A DNA stretch of 54,458 nt from Burkholderiales bacterium (GCA_038236495.1 JBBRZR010000001.1:1-54458), one strand, 5' to 3'. Shown: positions 37,901 to 47,595, counted from the first letter of the stretch. The notes: generated by a model from the sequence alone, not told the origin. Program-made: numbers and translations.

Positions 37901-38240
37901 TTCCCAAGAAAGGCGCGCCAGGCGGGTTGTGGTGACAGCAGGTCACCCATCGGCTGACACCAAGACACCTCAGCCGAACGCTCAAGCGACGTGGCGGCCG
38001 CAGGCGGCCCTTGTCAGGTGTCTCCCGCCATGTCGCCGGCATGCAGTCCTACGTCTTTCGGAGGCACTTCCCTATCCAAGACTGGTTTGCATTGAACGAC
38101 GATTCGGTCGCCCCTTTGGGTGCGAACTCTCACGGCGCATCCCACCGCTTGGTCTGTCAACGACTGTCCCGGGGGCTACTTCACGAATCCGCAAGGATTC
38201 CCTGTTCGGCGCCACGGGCGCCTGTCTGTCAGGAGTTTTT

Positions 38241-39221
38241 ATGACCTTTGCCACCGCTGCATCCACTGATGAGATCAACCGGCCGCGCGTCCCCGCCAGC
38301 AACCTGATCGCGAACCCTCGCACATTGCTCAGTGCGGTCTCATGGGGCGCGATCGCAGCAGGCGCCGCGTCGGCCGCTGCTTTGTCCTTGATTCTGCTGA
38401 TTCTGGGCGTCGGGCTCGGCCTGTCGTCGGTATCGCCATGGGCACGCGACGGCATCAGCGCGGTCCCATTTGGCGCTTCCACGATCCTGTGGCTGTCGTT
38501 GACGCAACTGCTCGCATCGGCGATGGGCGGCTACCTAGCCGGCCGCCTGCGGACGAAATGGACCGAGGTGCATACCGATGAGGTCTATTTCCGCGATACC
38601 GCGCACGGCTTCCTCGCGTGGGCCGTAGCAACCTTGGCGACAGCCGCACTGCTGACCTCGGTGATCGGCTCGATCCTGAGCGGCGGCGTGCAAGCAAGCG
38701 CCACAGTGGCAGGCGGTGCTGCCGGCACTGCCACGTCGATGGCGGGAGGCGCCACGGCCTCCACACCCTTGTCACAGGGCAGCGACGCCGGACCCATGGG
38801 CTACTTTGTCGACTCACTGTTTCGTCGCGACCCGTCATCTGCTGCGGCAGCCACGTCGGGCGCCGCCGCCACCAGCGATGCCAATGAGCGTTCATCCAGC
38901 AGGGACACGGCCGAAGTCAGCCGCATCTTCATGAACGTGAGCCGGACCGAACCACTGCCTGTAGAGGACATTCGATATGTCGGCCAACTGGTGTCCCAGC
39001 GAACCGGCCTGACCCAGCAGGAAGCTGAAAAGCGCGTCAGCGACGTCTATGCCCGCGCGCAGACCAAGCTGCGCAACGCAGAAGTCGCCGTCCGTGCCGC
39101 CGCCGACAAGGCCCGCAAGGCATCGGCCTACGCGGCGCTGTGGCTCTTTGTGTCTTTGCTGATCGGCGCCTTCGTGGCAAGCCTGGCCGCGACCTACGGT
39201 GGCCGGCGGCGGGATACCTGA
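38241..39221 (+). CDS. Conserved multi-pass membrane protein (SAVSWGAI...GGYLAGRLR...FRDTAHGFLAWA)
   Basis: ATG after AGGAG; 3-4 TM helices; C-terminal SLLIGAFVASLAATYGGRRRD. Confidence 0.8.
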   Translation: MTFATAASTDEINRPRVPASNLIANPRTLLSAVSWGAIAAGAASAAALSLILLILGVGLGLSSVSPWARDGISAVPFGASTILWLSLTQLLASAMGGYLAGRLRTKWTEVHTDEVYFRDTAHGFLAWAVATLATAALLTSVIGSILSGGVQASATVAGGAAGTATSMAGGATASTPLSQGSDAGPMGYFVDSLFRRDPSSAAAATSGAAATSDANERSSSRDTAEVSRIFMNVSRTEPLPVEDIRYVGQLVSQRTGLTQQEAEKRVSDVYARAQTKLRNAEVAVRAAADKARKASAYAALWLFVSLLIGAFVASLAATYGGRRRDT

Positions 39222-39267
39222 CCTTTTTATAGCGCCAATTTATCTCAACAACCCCACGGAGCCCACC

Positions 39268-39342
39268 ATGCGTTCACTGCTGCTGCTGTTTCTCGGCATT
39301 CCCATTCCGATCATCATCTTGATCGCGCTTTTCGTGCATTGA
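39268..39342 (+). CDS. 24-aa single-TM small protein MRSLLLLFLGIPIPIIILIALFVH
   Basis: GGAG RBS 6 nt before the ATG; almost entirely hydrophobic; not in the ORF track. Confidence 0.7.
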   Translation: MRSLLLLFLGIPIPIIILIALFVH

Positions 39343-39560
39343 CCGCACGCCAGTTGATGCACACCACGCCAGGTGAACCCATGACCACCGCCAGGACCGC
39401 GAACCAAGGCGGTGAGTTTGGTGCGCAATTGACACGTTGACCAAAGTCCCCGTTCAGAAGTCCGAGGCCACACCGTTGGACGAACGGACTGGCCTCGGGC
39501 CGCAGGAATCGGCGCAGACCAATGAGGCGTGTTGCCCCACTGCGCCCGCCACCGCCAGGT

Positions 39561-41531
39561 TCAGGCGATTTCGGCCTCGCGCGCAATCGGCCGCGCCGCG
39601 GCGCCGGCCAGGCAGCGCACCAGCAACTCGCCGCTCAGCACCTCGTGGTCCAGCAGGCCGGCGGCCAGGTCATGGAGTTGCGCGCGGCGCTCGTCCAGCA
39701 GCCGGCGGCAGCGGGCTTGCGCATCGTCGAGCAACGTCCGGGCCTCGTCCAGCACGGCGGCCTGCACGTCCGGCCCGAGCAGTTCCTTGGGCACACCGGC
39801 GACACTCAGCAGGCCGAAGCGGTCCGAGAACCCCAGCGAGCCGACCATCTTCACGGCCAGCTCCGAGGCCCGCTTGAGGTCGTCGGCCGCGCCACTGGAG
39901 ACGCTGTCCAGCACCATCAGCTCGGCCTCGCGGCCGCCCAGCAGCATGGCCAGCCGGGCCGACAGCTCGGCCTTCTGGTAGAGCGGCTCTTCGCTCTCGC
40001 GGTGGATGTGGGTGACGCCCAACGCCTGCCCGCGCGGCTCGATGCTGACGCGCTCGACCGACCCGACCTCCAGCACATGACCGACCAGTGCATGCCCGGC
40101 CTCGTGGTAAGCGAGGCGCCGGCGCGTGGCCTCGCTGAGCAGGGACTTGATGGGCGATACATCGCCGCCGAGCTGCTGCGTCTCGATGGCGCGCAGCAGG
40201 TGCTCGGCGCCGACGCGCTCGGCACCCAGCTCGGCCGCTGTCGCGGCCGCCTTGTTGACGGTGTTGGCGATGTCCGCCGGCGACATGCCGGCGCTCAAAC
40301 GCGCCAGTGCCAGGGTGTCCGCGCGGCCGTCGTGGTGCAGCCGGCCGAGGTAGAGATCGAACAGGCTCTGCCGGTCGGGCAGCATCGGCAGGGCCAGGCG
40401 CACCAGCATGTCGAAGCGCCCCGGCCGGCGCAGCGCCTCGTCGATGTTGTCCTCGTGGTTGGTCGCGCCGACTACGACGACGTTGCTCAGCGCGTCGAAC
40501 CCGTCCATCTCGACCAGCACACGGTTGATGATGCGGTTGAGCTCCGATTCGGCGCCACCGCCGGCGCGCCCCTGGCTGCGCTGGCCGATGCCGTCGATCT
40601 CGTCGATGAACAACACGCAGGGCGCATGGCGCCGCGCCAGCTTGAACAATTCCTTCACCTTGGCCACACCGGCGCCGTAGTACATGGCGGTGAAGTACGA
40701 GCCGTCGACCGCGATGAAGCTGGCCTTGCATTCGCCGGCCAGCGCCCGCGCCAGCAGCGTCTTGCCGGTGCCGGGGGGCCCCACCAGCAGCACGCCGCGT
40801 GGCGGCGCCGCGCCCAGCCTGGCGTACTTCGCCGGCTCGGCGAGGAAGGCACGTACCCGTGCCAGCGCGGCCTTGGCTTCGTCGCTGCCGATCACATCGG
40901 CAAAGCGCGTTGGCGGCTGCACCGTCAGCATCGACGCCCCGCCCAAGCCCATCTGCAACCGCGTGACGACGAACAACGCGCCCAGCACGGCGCCGATGAC
41001 GAGCAGCGGCGACAGCACGGTCTCGGCAGCGTCGAGCAAGCGGTGGCTGGCAGTGCGCGGGTCGACATGCACGCTGACCAGCGCGAAGCCCGCCTCGGCG
41101 CTGCGCTCGCCCAGGCCGTCCAGCAACGTCCCGGCGCAGCCCAGCGGCGTGCAGCCGGGCACCGTGGTGCTGGCCTTCGCGCCGCTCTTCAAGGTGTAGA
41201 GCACCAGGCCAGGCGGCGCTGCTACCAGTGCTACTGCCGCCAGCTCGCGTGCGGCCAGGCTGCGCCTGAAGTCGGCCAGGCTCCGCTCGTTGTGCAGCCA
41301 GGTCTGCGCACCGGCCTCGAAGGTGCGCACCTCGGGCAGCTGCCGCGCCAGGGCCTCGTTGGCGGCCCGCTGCTGCAGCGCCGTCGCGCCCACGAGGAGT
41401 GCGAGCGCAAGCATGAGGGCGCCGACCAGGCGTGGATGCGCGCGCAGGGTTTGCAGCAGCTTGGCGGTTCGGGTCATGGCAGCGGCGCTGGGCCGGAAGG
41501 TCGTGGGTGGGGACGGAGGGGATGAAGGCAT
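39561..41531 (-). CDS. FtsH-like membrane AAA+ / M41 zinc protease (paralog)
   Basis: Two TM helices; GPPGTGKT; LFIDEID; ATN...ALRRPGRFD; HEAGH; GGREAE; SSGAADDL. Start 41531 or 41477. Confidence 0.85.
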   Translation of the reverse strand: MPSSPPSPPTTFRPSAAAMTRTAKLLQTLRAHPRLVGALMLALALLVGATALQQRAANEALARQLPEVRTFEAGAQTWLHNERSLADFRRSLAARELAAVALVAAPPGLVLYTLKSGAKASTTVPGCTPLGCAGTLLDGLGERSAEAGFALVSVHVDPRTASHRLLDAAETVLSPLLVIGAVLGALFVVTRLQMGLGGASMLTVQPPTRFADVIGSDEAKAALARVRAFLAEPAKYARLGAAPPRGVLLVGPPGTGKTLLARALAGECKASFIAVDGSYFTAMYYGAGVAKVKELFKLARRHAPCVLFIDEIDGIGQRSQGRAGGGAESELNRIINRVLVEMDGFDALSNVVVVGATNHEDNIDEALRRPGRFDMLVRLALPMLPDRQSLFDLYLGRLHHDGRADTLALARLSAGMSPADIANTVNKAAATAAELGAERVGAEHLLRAIETQQLGGDVSPIKSLLSEATRRRLAYHEAGHALVGHVLEVGSVERVSIEPRGQALGVTHIHRESEEPLYQKAELSARLAMLLGGREAELMVLDSVSSGAADDLKRASELAVKMVGSLGFSDRFGLLSVAGVPKELLGPDVQAAVLDEARTLLDDAQARCRRLLDERRAQLHDLAAGLLDHEVLSGELLVRCLAGAAARPIAREAEIA

Positions 41532-41541
41532 CGGCCGTGGG

Positions 41542-41850
41542 CTATTGGCGCCGCAGGCGCAGCAGCACCCTGTCGGTCAGCGCCTGCGCAAGGCCGGCGC
41601 CGCCACTGCCGTCGAGGTCGGCAAAGCGGCGGTGGTGGTCGAAGAACACGTTCTCGGCGGCAGCCTGTACGGACGGCAGCGCCTGGATGACGAAGGCGTG
41701 CATCGGCAGCTGACCCAGTTCGCGTCGGATAGCATCGCGCAGATCGCGTGCGGCGCGCAGGTAGGCGGCGGCATCCATCGCGACATGCTGGCCGTCAGTC
41801 ACTTCGAGGCAGACTATCTGGTTGCTGATATGAATCTTGTCGAGGGCCAT
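41542..41850 (-). CDS. Hypothetical 102-aa protein upstream of the FtsH paralog
   Basis: Protein-like composition and GC3-rich codons; 10-bp gap to the 41531 start. Confidence 0.6.
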   Translation of the reverse strand: MALDKIHISNQIVCLEVTDGQHVAMDAAAYLRAARDLRDAIRRELGQLPMHAFVIQALPSVQAAAENVFFDHHRRFADLDGSGGAGLAQALTDRVLLRLRRQ

Positions 41851-42212
41851 CACGGGGCTTTCGGGGCACGGTCCTGACCGCACCTCAGTGTCAACCGGCA
41901 AGACAGCCGGCGATCTGCGGAACAGGCGGACAAAGCGGCAAGTGCTCCGCATGCTGCGCACCCCCGAAGGGCCTCGCGTCTCGGTGCGTCCGGCGGCTGT
42001 CGGCTGTCGGCCGTCGGGCACGCGGCCTTCCCTCTGGTCAGCAACCATTTCGTTCTGCGACCGCCTGTACTATGAAGGCTGGTGCCAGCCTGCCGCTGCG
42101 CCGGACGCCTGCCCGGCCGGTGTGTCCCAGAGGCTACCGCAGCAGGTCACCTGGCCTGTTTGCTGGCGGCATGTCGACGGCCACCATTTTCCACGCCTCT
42201 TTTGGATCCCTC

Positions 42213-42722
42213 ATGACCCCTGCATACTCGCTACACCGCAGCGCTCGTCCTTGCGCCCGCGTGGCAGTCTGTGCGGCAGCACTGTGGTTTGTCTTGCCGG
42301 CCGCTGCCGAGCGGGTGGGCGAGGTGGACACGGTGTTCAAGCTGATCGGCCCTGACCACAAGATCGTCGTCGATGCCTATGACGATCCCGGCGTGCGCGG
42401 CATCACCTGCTACGTGTCACGGGCCAAGACCGGCGGCATCAAGGGCGGGCTCGGGCTGGCCGAGGACAAGGCCGAGGCTTCGATCGCCTGCCGCCAGACC
42501 GGCCCCATCAGTTTTCCGAAACCGCTGCCACAAAAGGACGAGATGTTCAGCGAACGTATCTCGCTGATCTTCAAGAAGCTGCGCGTGGTGCGTCTGGTGG
42601 ATGCCCGGCGCAACACGCTGATCTACCTGACCTATTCGGACCGGATCATAGAAGGCTCACCGCAAAACAGCATCACCGCGGTGGCGGTGGACCGCGGCAC
42701 ACCGATTCCGCTGGCGCCTTGA
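42213..42722 (+). CDS. creA: CreA-family protein
   Basis: [54 protein letters not shown]. Confidence 0.9.
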   Translation: MTPAYSLHRSARPCARVAVCAAALWFVLPAAAERVGEVDTVFKLIGPDHKIVVDAYDDPGVRGITCYVSRAKTGGIKGGLGLAEDKAEASIACRQTGPISFPKPLPQKDEMFSERISLIFKKLRVVRLVDARRNTLIYLTYSDRIIEGSPQNSITAVAVDRGTPIPLAP

Positions 42723-42982
42723 AAGGGCTGCGTGGCCGGGCTGCGAAACCTAGCGGCTCACCCGGATTGCCGTAACCTGCAGCCACTGAAAGCCCAGCAC
42801 CAGACACCTCGGACGCTCTGGCGAACATCGCCCGGCCTGGTTAGCAGGCGCTGGCTGTCAGCCACGCGCATACTTCGCACCATGCACTTACAAACAGGAA
42901 GCGCACGCATGAAAACAGCAATACCCGCCAGGCGGCGCAGCGCCGCAAGCCACCCCTGGCGCAACGCCGGGATCCAGCCGTC

Positions 42983-44002
42983 TTGAACCCACCGCTGCCC
43001 GCGGCGCGCGCTGCGCAGTGCCCGGCCGACAAGCAGGGCAGCGCACCGATTGCGGTGACGAGCACCGGGCCGTTGTTCATCGTCTTCAACCTGGGCTCGG
43101 GCTCAGGTGACGGAGCGCGAGCGCGGGCGGCAATCGAGCAGGCTTGCAATGCCGCCGGGCGTGCGTTCGAGCTGATGGGCGTGGACGATCCCGGCCAGCT
43201 GCCTGGGCTGGCGCGCGAGGCCGTGCAGCGCGCGCGGCAGGCGCACGGGGTGGTCGTGGCAGCGGGTGGTGACGGCACGCTGAACGCCGTGGCGCAGGCC
43301 GTGCTTGGCAGCGGCTGCGCCTATGGCGTGCTGCCGCAAGGCACCTTCAACTACTTCAGCCGGACCCACGGCATTCCGTCCGACACCCTTGACGCCATGC
43401 AGGTGCTGTTGCACGCCAATGCGCGACCCGTCCAGGTCGGCCTGGTGAACGGGCGTGTGTTCCTGGTCAATGCCAGCTTGGGGCTCTACCCGAAGTTGCT
43501 GGAAGACCGCGAAGGCTGGAAGCGCCAGTTCGGCCGCAGCCGGCTGGTGGCCTTTGGCGCCGGGCTGGCGACCTTGCTGCGCGGCTACCGCAGCCTGCGC
43601 CTGCGCATAGAGGTGCAGGGCGAAGCGCGCAATGTGCGCACCCCGACGCTGTTCGTCGGCAACAACGCGCTACAAATGGAGCAGCTGGGATTTCCTCTGG
43701 CAAAGGATATCGATGGCGGCGCGCTGGCGGCCATCATGCTGCGCCCGGTATCACGCCTGTCGATGCTCGCGCTGTTGCTGCGCGGCGCTTTCGGCAAGCT
43801 GGGCGACGCCGACCAGGTGCTCAGCATCCCGTGTGTGCGCTTGACCGTGCGCTCGGCGCGGGGCTTCGGTGCGCGACACGTCAAAGTAGCGACCGATGGC
43901 GAGATTGTCTGGTTGCCATTGCCGCTCGAGTTTTCAGTGTCGAGCGAGCCTTTGTGGCTGATCCGCCCGGACACACCGGCGCCAGAGCGGGCTGCGGCAT
44001 GA
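42983..44002 (+). CDS. Diacylglycerol kinase (YegS/DAGK) family protein
   Basis: N..SG, AAGGDGT, PQGTFNYF, FLVNASLG, TDGE. Confidence 0.85.
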   Translation: MNPPLPAARAAQCPADKQGSAPIAVTSTGPLFIVFNLGSGSGDGARARAAIEQACNAAGRAFELMGVDDPGQLPGLAREAVQRARQAHGVVVAAGGDGTLNAVAQAVLGSGCAYGVLPQGTFNYFSRTHGIPSDTLDAMQVLLHANARPVQVGLVNGRVFLVNASLGLYPKLLEDREGWKRQFGRSRLVAFGAGLATLLRGYRSLRLRIEVQGEARNVRTPTLFVGNNALQMEQLGFPLAKDIDGGALAAIMLRPVSRLSMLALLLRGAFGKLGDADQVLSIPCVRLTVRSARGFGARHVKVATDGEIVWLPLPLEFSVSSEPLWLIRPDTPAPERAAA

Positions 44003-44847
44003 CCTTGTTGCTGCATGTCTCGGACCCGCACTTCGGCACCGAACGCGCGCCGGTGGTCGCTGCGCTGGAGGACCTGGTGCGTGCGCAGAGGCCCGACGCG
44101 ATGCTGCTGTCGGGCGATATCACCCAACGTGCCACGCACGCGCAGTTTGCCGCAGCACGCCGTTTTGTCGACCGGATGGCGCTGCCGGCGCTGGTGGCGA
44201 TACCGGGCAACCATGACATTCCGTTGTTCAACCTGGCTGCGCGGCTGCTGTGGCCCTACAAACGCTATGCGCAGGCTTTCGGCCACGATCTCGAACCCCA
44301 GTTCGAGAATCCTCAAGTGATGGTGCTCGCGCTCAACACCACGCGACGCTGGCGCCACGTCGACGGTGAGCTCAGCCCAGCCCAGATCGAACGCGTGGCG
44401 CGGCGTTGTGAACAGGCCCCGGCGGCGCAGTGGCGCATCGTCGTCGTGCACCAGCCGGTGGCGGTGTCGCGGCCGCAGGATGTGCACAACCTGCTGCATG
44501 GCCGCGACGCGGCAGTGCGGCGCTGGTCGGCAGCGGGGGTGGACCTGGTGTTGGGCGGCCACATCCACCTGCCCTTCGTGCTGCCGCTGCATGAACAATG
44601 GATTGGCCTGCCTCGGCGCATGTGGGCGGTGCAGGCCGGCACCGCCGTCAGCAAGCGCGTGCGGGCCGAGGCCGGCAATTCCGTGAACCTCATCCGCATC
44701 GACGCCGGCCCCGGCCCCGGCCCCGTGGAGCCTGCGGTCGCTGCTGCAGCACGGCCGCTGCAGATTGAACGATGGGACCATGTGCTGACGACACAGTGCT
44801 TTGAATGCGTGTCGGTGCATCGACTGCCACAGCGGCATGAAGCCTGA
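43999..44847 (+). CDS. Metallophosphoesterase (CpdA/Icc-like)
   Basis: SDPHFG, SGDITQ, PGNHD, HQP, GGHIH; ATGA overlap with the previous gene. Confidence 0.85.
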   Translation: MTLLLHVSDPHFGTERAPVVAALEDLVRAQRPDAMLLSGDITQRATHAQFAAARRFVDRMALPALVAIPGNHDIPLFNLAARLLWPYKRYAQAFGHDLEPQFENPQVMVLALNTTRRWRHVDGELSPAQIERVARRCEQAPAAQWRIVVVHQPVAVSRPQDVHNLLHGRDAAVRRWSAAGVDLVLGGHIHLPFVLPLHEQWIGLPRRMWAVQAGTAVSKRVRAEAGNSVNLIRIDAGPGPGPVEPAVAAAARPLQIERWDHVLTTQCFECVSVHRLPQRHEA

Positions 44848-45649
44848 AGAGTGGCTGGCGCTGGCCAGCTGGGTGGGCGCCCATGCGTTGGCGGTTTTCG
44901 TGGCGCTGCTGTGCGCGCTGCTGCTGCTGATGGCTTTCATCGTCTGGGCCTGGAATCAGCAAGTGGCGGGCCGCACCCAAGCCGCCCTTTCGCCGCCTGC
45001 GCTGCTGCTGTTGAACGTCGCCGCCGGGTTTGCCATCGTGCTCGGCGCGGCGGCCGGCTTTGCCGAAATCGCCGAACACCTCGGCCCCAATGGCACCATG
45101 GCTCGGGCCGATCAAGCCTTGTCGGCTTCGATTCGCGCACATGTCGGCGTCGACACGCTGCAGCTGTTTGCCCAGCTCACGCACCTGGGCGATCCCTCGG
45201 TGCTGGCGCTGCTGGGAGTGGCCGTGGCACTGTGGCTGTGGTGGCGCGGCCAGCGCACCTTGGCGCTGGGCTGGGCGCTGGCACTGGGCGGCAACGCACT
45301 GCTGAACCCGCTACTCAAACGTGTTTTCGAACGTGTGCGCCCGGTGCACGACCACGGCCTGGTCGCGGCGCTGAGCTGGAGCTTCCCCAGCGGCCACACC
45401 TCGGGCGCGACCGTGGCCTACGGCATGCTGGCCTACCTGATGCTGCGCACACTGCCCACGGCCTGGCACCTGCCCGCGGTGCTGAGTGCCACCGCGCTGG
45501 CCTTCACCGTCGGCAGCAGCCGTGTGTTTCTGCAGGTGCACTTTGCGAGCGACGTGGTGGCGGGCTTTGCATCCGGCACGGCCTGGCTGATGGTGTGCGT
45601 CTTGAGTATCGGGGCCAGCCAGCGCTGGCGCCTCATGCGCCAGCGCTAA
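44837..45649 (+). CDS. PAP2-family membrane phosphatase
   Basis: K..F.R.RP, SFPSGH, SRVFLQVHFASDV. Confidence 0.9.
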   Translation: MKPEEWLALASWVGAHALAVFVALLCALLLLMAFIVWAWNQQVAGRTQAALSPPALLLLNVAAGFAIVLGAAAGFAEIAEHLGPNGTMARADQALSASIRAHVGVDTLQLFAQLTHLGDPSVLALLGVAVALWLWWRGQRTLALGWALALGGNALLNPLLKRVFERVRPVHDHGLVAALSWSFPSGHTSGATVAYGMLAYLMLRTLPTAWHLPAVLSATALAFTVGSSRVFLQVHFASDVVAGFASGTAWLMVCVLSIGASQRWRLMRQR

Positions 45650-46019
45650 AGCAGTGCAGGCCCGCCCGCACGCAGCAGGATGAGGGCGGGCAACGGTGCG
45701 TGCATCACGCTCATGCCCATAGCCTCACCCGCCCACTGCCGATCACCTGGACCAGGGTCTGGCGCGGTGTCCTGTATTCGCCGGACCCAGCGACAGAGTA
45801 CGATTTCGGGGGCAAGGTCAATCCCGAGCGCGATTCAATCGTCGCAGCTTAAAGGTGGCGGCAAATGAACGGCTGCTGGCTGCATGCGTGAGCCGATAAC
45901 CCCCTTGACACGCGCCGCGTTCCCCTTGGGTTGATGGCTTTCAGCAATGGGTGCGTTCGACTGAAGTCGAGGTTCGATGATGCGGTGTGACGGTGCCGAC
46001 GCGCCGCCCCGCCGTTTGC

Positions 46020-46733
46020 CTAGCCGCGGCGGTCGGTGAACTTGTAGCCCACGCCCCGGACGGTCTGGATGTACTCGGGTTTGGCGGGATCGCGTTCGAT
46101 CTTGCTGCGCAGGCGGTTGATGTGCGAGTTGACTGCATGCTCGTAACCGCTGTGGTTGTAGCCCCAGACCTGGTCCAGCAACTGCGCGCGCGTGAACACC
46201 CGGCCCGGGCTGCTGGCGAAGTAGACGAGCAGTTCAAATTCTTTGGCCGTCAACTCGACAGCCACATTGGCAACCAGGGCTTCATGTCGCTCAAGGTCCA
46301 ATTGCAAGCCCGCAACCTCAATGCGCCTGGCGGCCGGCAATGCCGACGCCTTGGCTGCAGCCTGTTCGGCTTTGCGCCGGAACACGCCCTTCACGCGGGC
46401 GGCCAACTCCAGCATGCTGAACGGCTTGGTCAGGTAGTCGTCGGCACCGAGCTCAAGGCCCAGCACACGGTCAAGCTCCGAGGCCTTCGAGGTCAACATC
46501 AGGATCGGCGTGCGCTTGTCACTCTCGCGCAGCCTGCGGCAGATGTCGAGCCCGCTCAGGCGCGGCAACATGACATCCAGAATCACCAGGTCGTAGCCGC
46601 CGGCCTGGGCCGCCGCAAGTGCAACAACGCCGTCAACAATCAGCTCACTCTCACAGCCAAGCTCGGCCAGTTGCAGCTCGACCAACCGGCCGATGTCCGG
46701 ATTGTCTTCGACCACCAGAACGCGGTTCGTCAC
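46020..46733 (-). CDS. OmpR/PhoB-family response regulator
   Basis: GTG after GGAGG; LDVMLP; GADDYLTKPF; LTAKEFELL; VNSHINRLRSKIE; TVRGVGY. Confidence 0.9.
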   Translation of the reverse strand: MTNRVLVVEDNPDIGRLVELQLAELGCESELIVDGVVALAAAQAGGYDLVILDVMLPRLSGLDICRRLRESDKRTPILMLTSKASELDRVLGLELGADDYLTKPFSMLELAARVKGVFRRKAEQAAAKASALPAARRIEVAGLQLDLERHEALVANVAVELTAKEFELLVYFASSPGRVFTRAQLLDQVWGYNHSGYEHAVNSHINRLRSKIERDPAKPEYIQTVRGVGYKFTDRRG

Positions 46734-47005
46734 CGCGCCCTCCGCTGCGAGGCGCGCTGTCTGCCGGGTCTTGGGCGCGAGGTCATGGCGGCCATGATGA
46801 CAAGGGTCAGTTGGGGTTTCGACGGCAGAACTGCGCAGGCGACATCTGCGCGGCTTTTCAGCATCTCCGTCGTCCATTGGCCGAAGTGTGAGGCATTCCA
46901 GGGTGTTCGGGGCCCCAAAGCGCGGTGACGGATGGCCGCTTCACCCGCTGCAGCCAGAGCGCAACACAACCGGAGAAAGTGCCGCGCGCGGACCAGCGCA
47001 GTCAC
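46730..47005 (-). CDS. Possible 91-aa protein between the ECF sigma and the response regulator
   Basis: GTGA overlaps at both ends (sigma stop and regulator start); no recognisable motif. Confidence 0.35.
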   Translation of the reverse strand: MTALVRARHFLRLCCALAAAGEAAIRHRALGPRTPWNASHFGQWTTEMLKSRADVACAVLPSKPQLTLVIMAAMTSRPRPGRQRASQRRAR

Positions 47006-47595
47006 GTTCGCACGCCTTGCTGCGCTGCCGCCCGCGGCGCAGGCGTCCAATGTCCTTGAAGCGCTCCACGCAAGCTGTACCGCGCGCGGTGCAGCATCAC
47101 CGCCAGATGGTTGGCGGTCACACCGAGCTCCTGGCACACATCGTCGGTCTCGCCCTCGTGGCAATCTCGCAACACGAAAGCCCGGCCCTGCTTGGCCGGC
47201 AGGGCGGCGATGCCACGTTCGAGCTGCTGCACAAACTGTTGCCGCATCAGCTGGTCCTGCGGGTCAGCTCTTCCTGCCCCGCTGTCAACGCCCCACTGGG
47301 GTGTGGTGTCCGCCCAACCGCTGATCAGCGCATCGGTGTCGTCGTCACCTGACAGGCTTGCCTCGCGTGTGCCACGCCGCATTTGATCAACCAATTTGTG
47401 TTTCAGGACGCCCACCAGCCAGGTCTGCAACTGGGCCCGACCGCCAAAGGCGCTCGGCTTCTCCAGCGCCGCCAGCAGCGTTTCGGAAACCGCGTCTTCG
47501 GCCCAGGCCCGGTTGCCAACGCGCCGGCAGGCCTGGCGCATGAGAGCCGGTCGCAGGGCACCGATTTGCTTTGCAAGGTCGTTGTCCACGGCCAT
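47002..47595 (-). CDS. ECF sigma-70 factor
   Basis: AEDAVSETLLAAL, TWLVGVLKHK..D, ICQEL-like VCQELGVT.N...VMLHRAR; GAGGAG upstream. Confidence 0.85.
   Translation of the reverse strand: MAVDNDLAKQIGALRPALMRQACRRVGNRAWAEDAVSETLLAALEKPSAFGGRAQLQTWLVGVLKHKLVDQMRRGTREASLSGDDDTDALISGWADTTPQWGVDSGAGRADPQDQLMRQQFVQQLERGIAALPAKQGRAFVLRDCHEGETDDVCQELGVTANHLAVMLHRARYSLRGALQGHWTPAPRAAAQQGVRT

Noticed and set aside
39381-39440. Short ORF MTTARTANQGGEFGAQLTR after the 24-aa peptide
   Set aside because: Could be the start of a deleted gene, but it is too short to support.
223-41525. Long antisense or alternate-frame ORFs (223-1965, 13134-14720, 16256-18196, 21338-24244, 26969-28531, 32059-34128, 39522-41525)
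   Set aside because: Shadow ORFs of motif-bearing genes in high-GC DNA; no domains of their own.
41994-42015. 7-bp repeat GGCTGTC, about 3 copies
   Set aside because: Short and GC-rich; plausibly chance.
45740-45852. Protein-like tail VLYSPDPATEYDFGGKVNPERDSIVAA
   Set aside because: No start or recognisable family; BLASTX is needed to call it a remnant.
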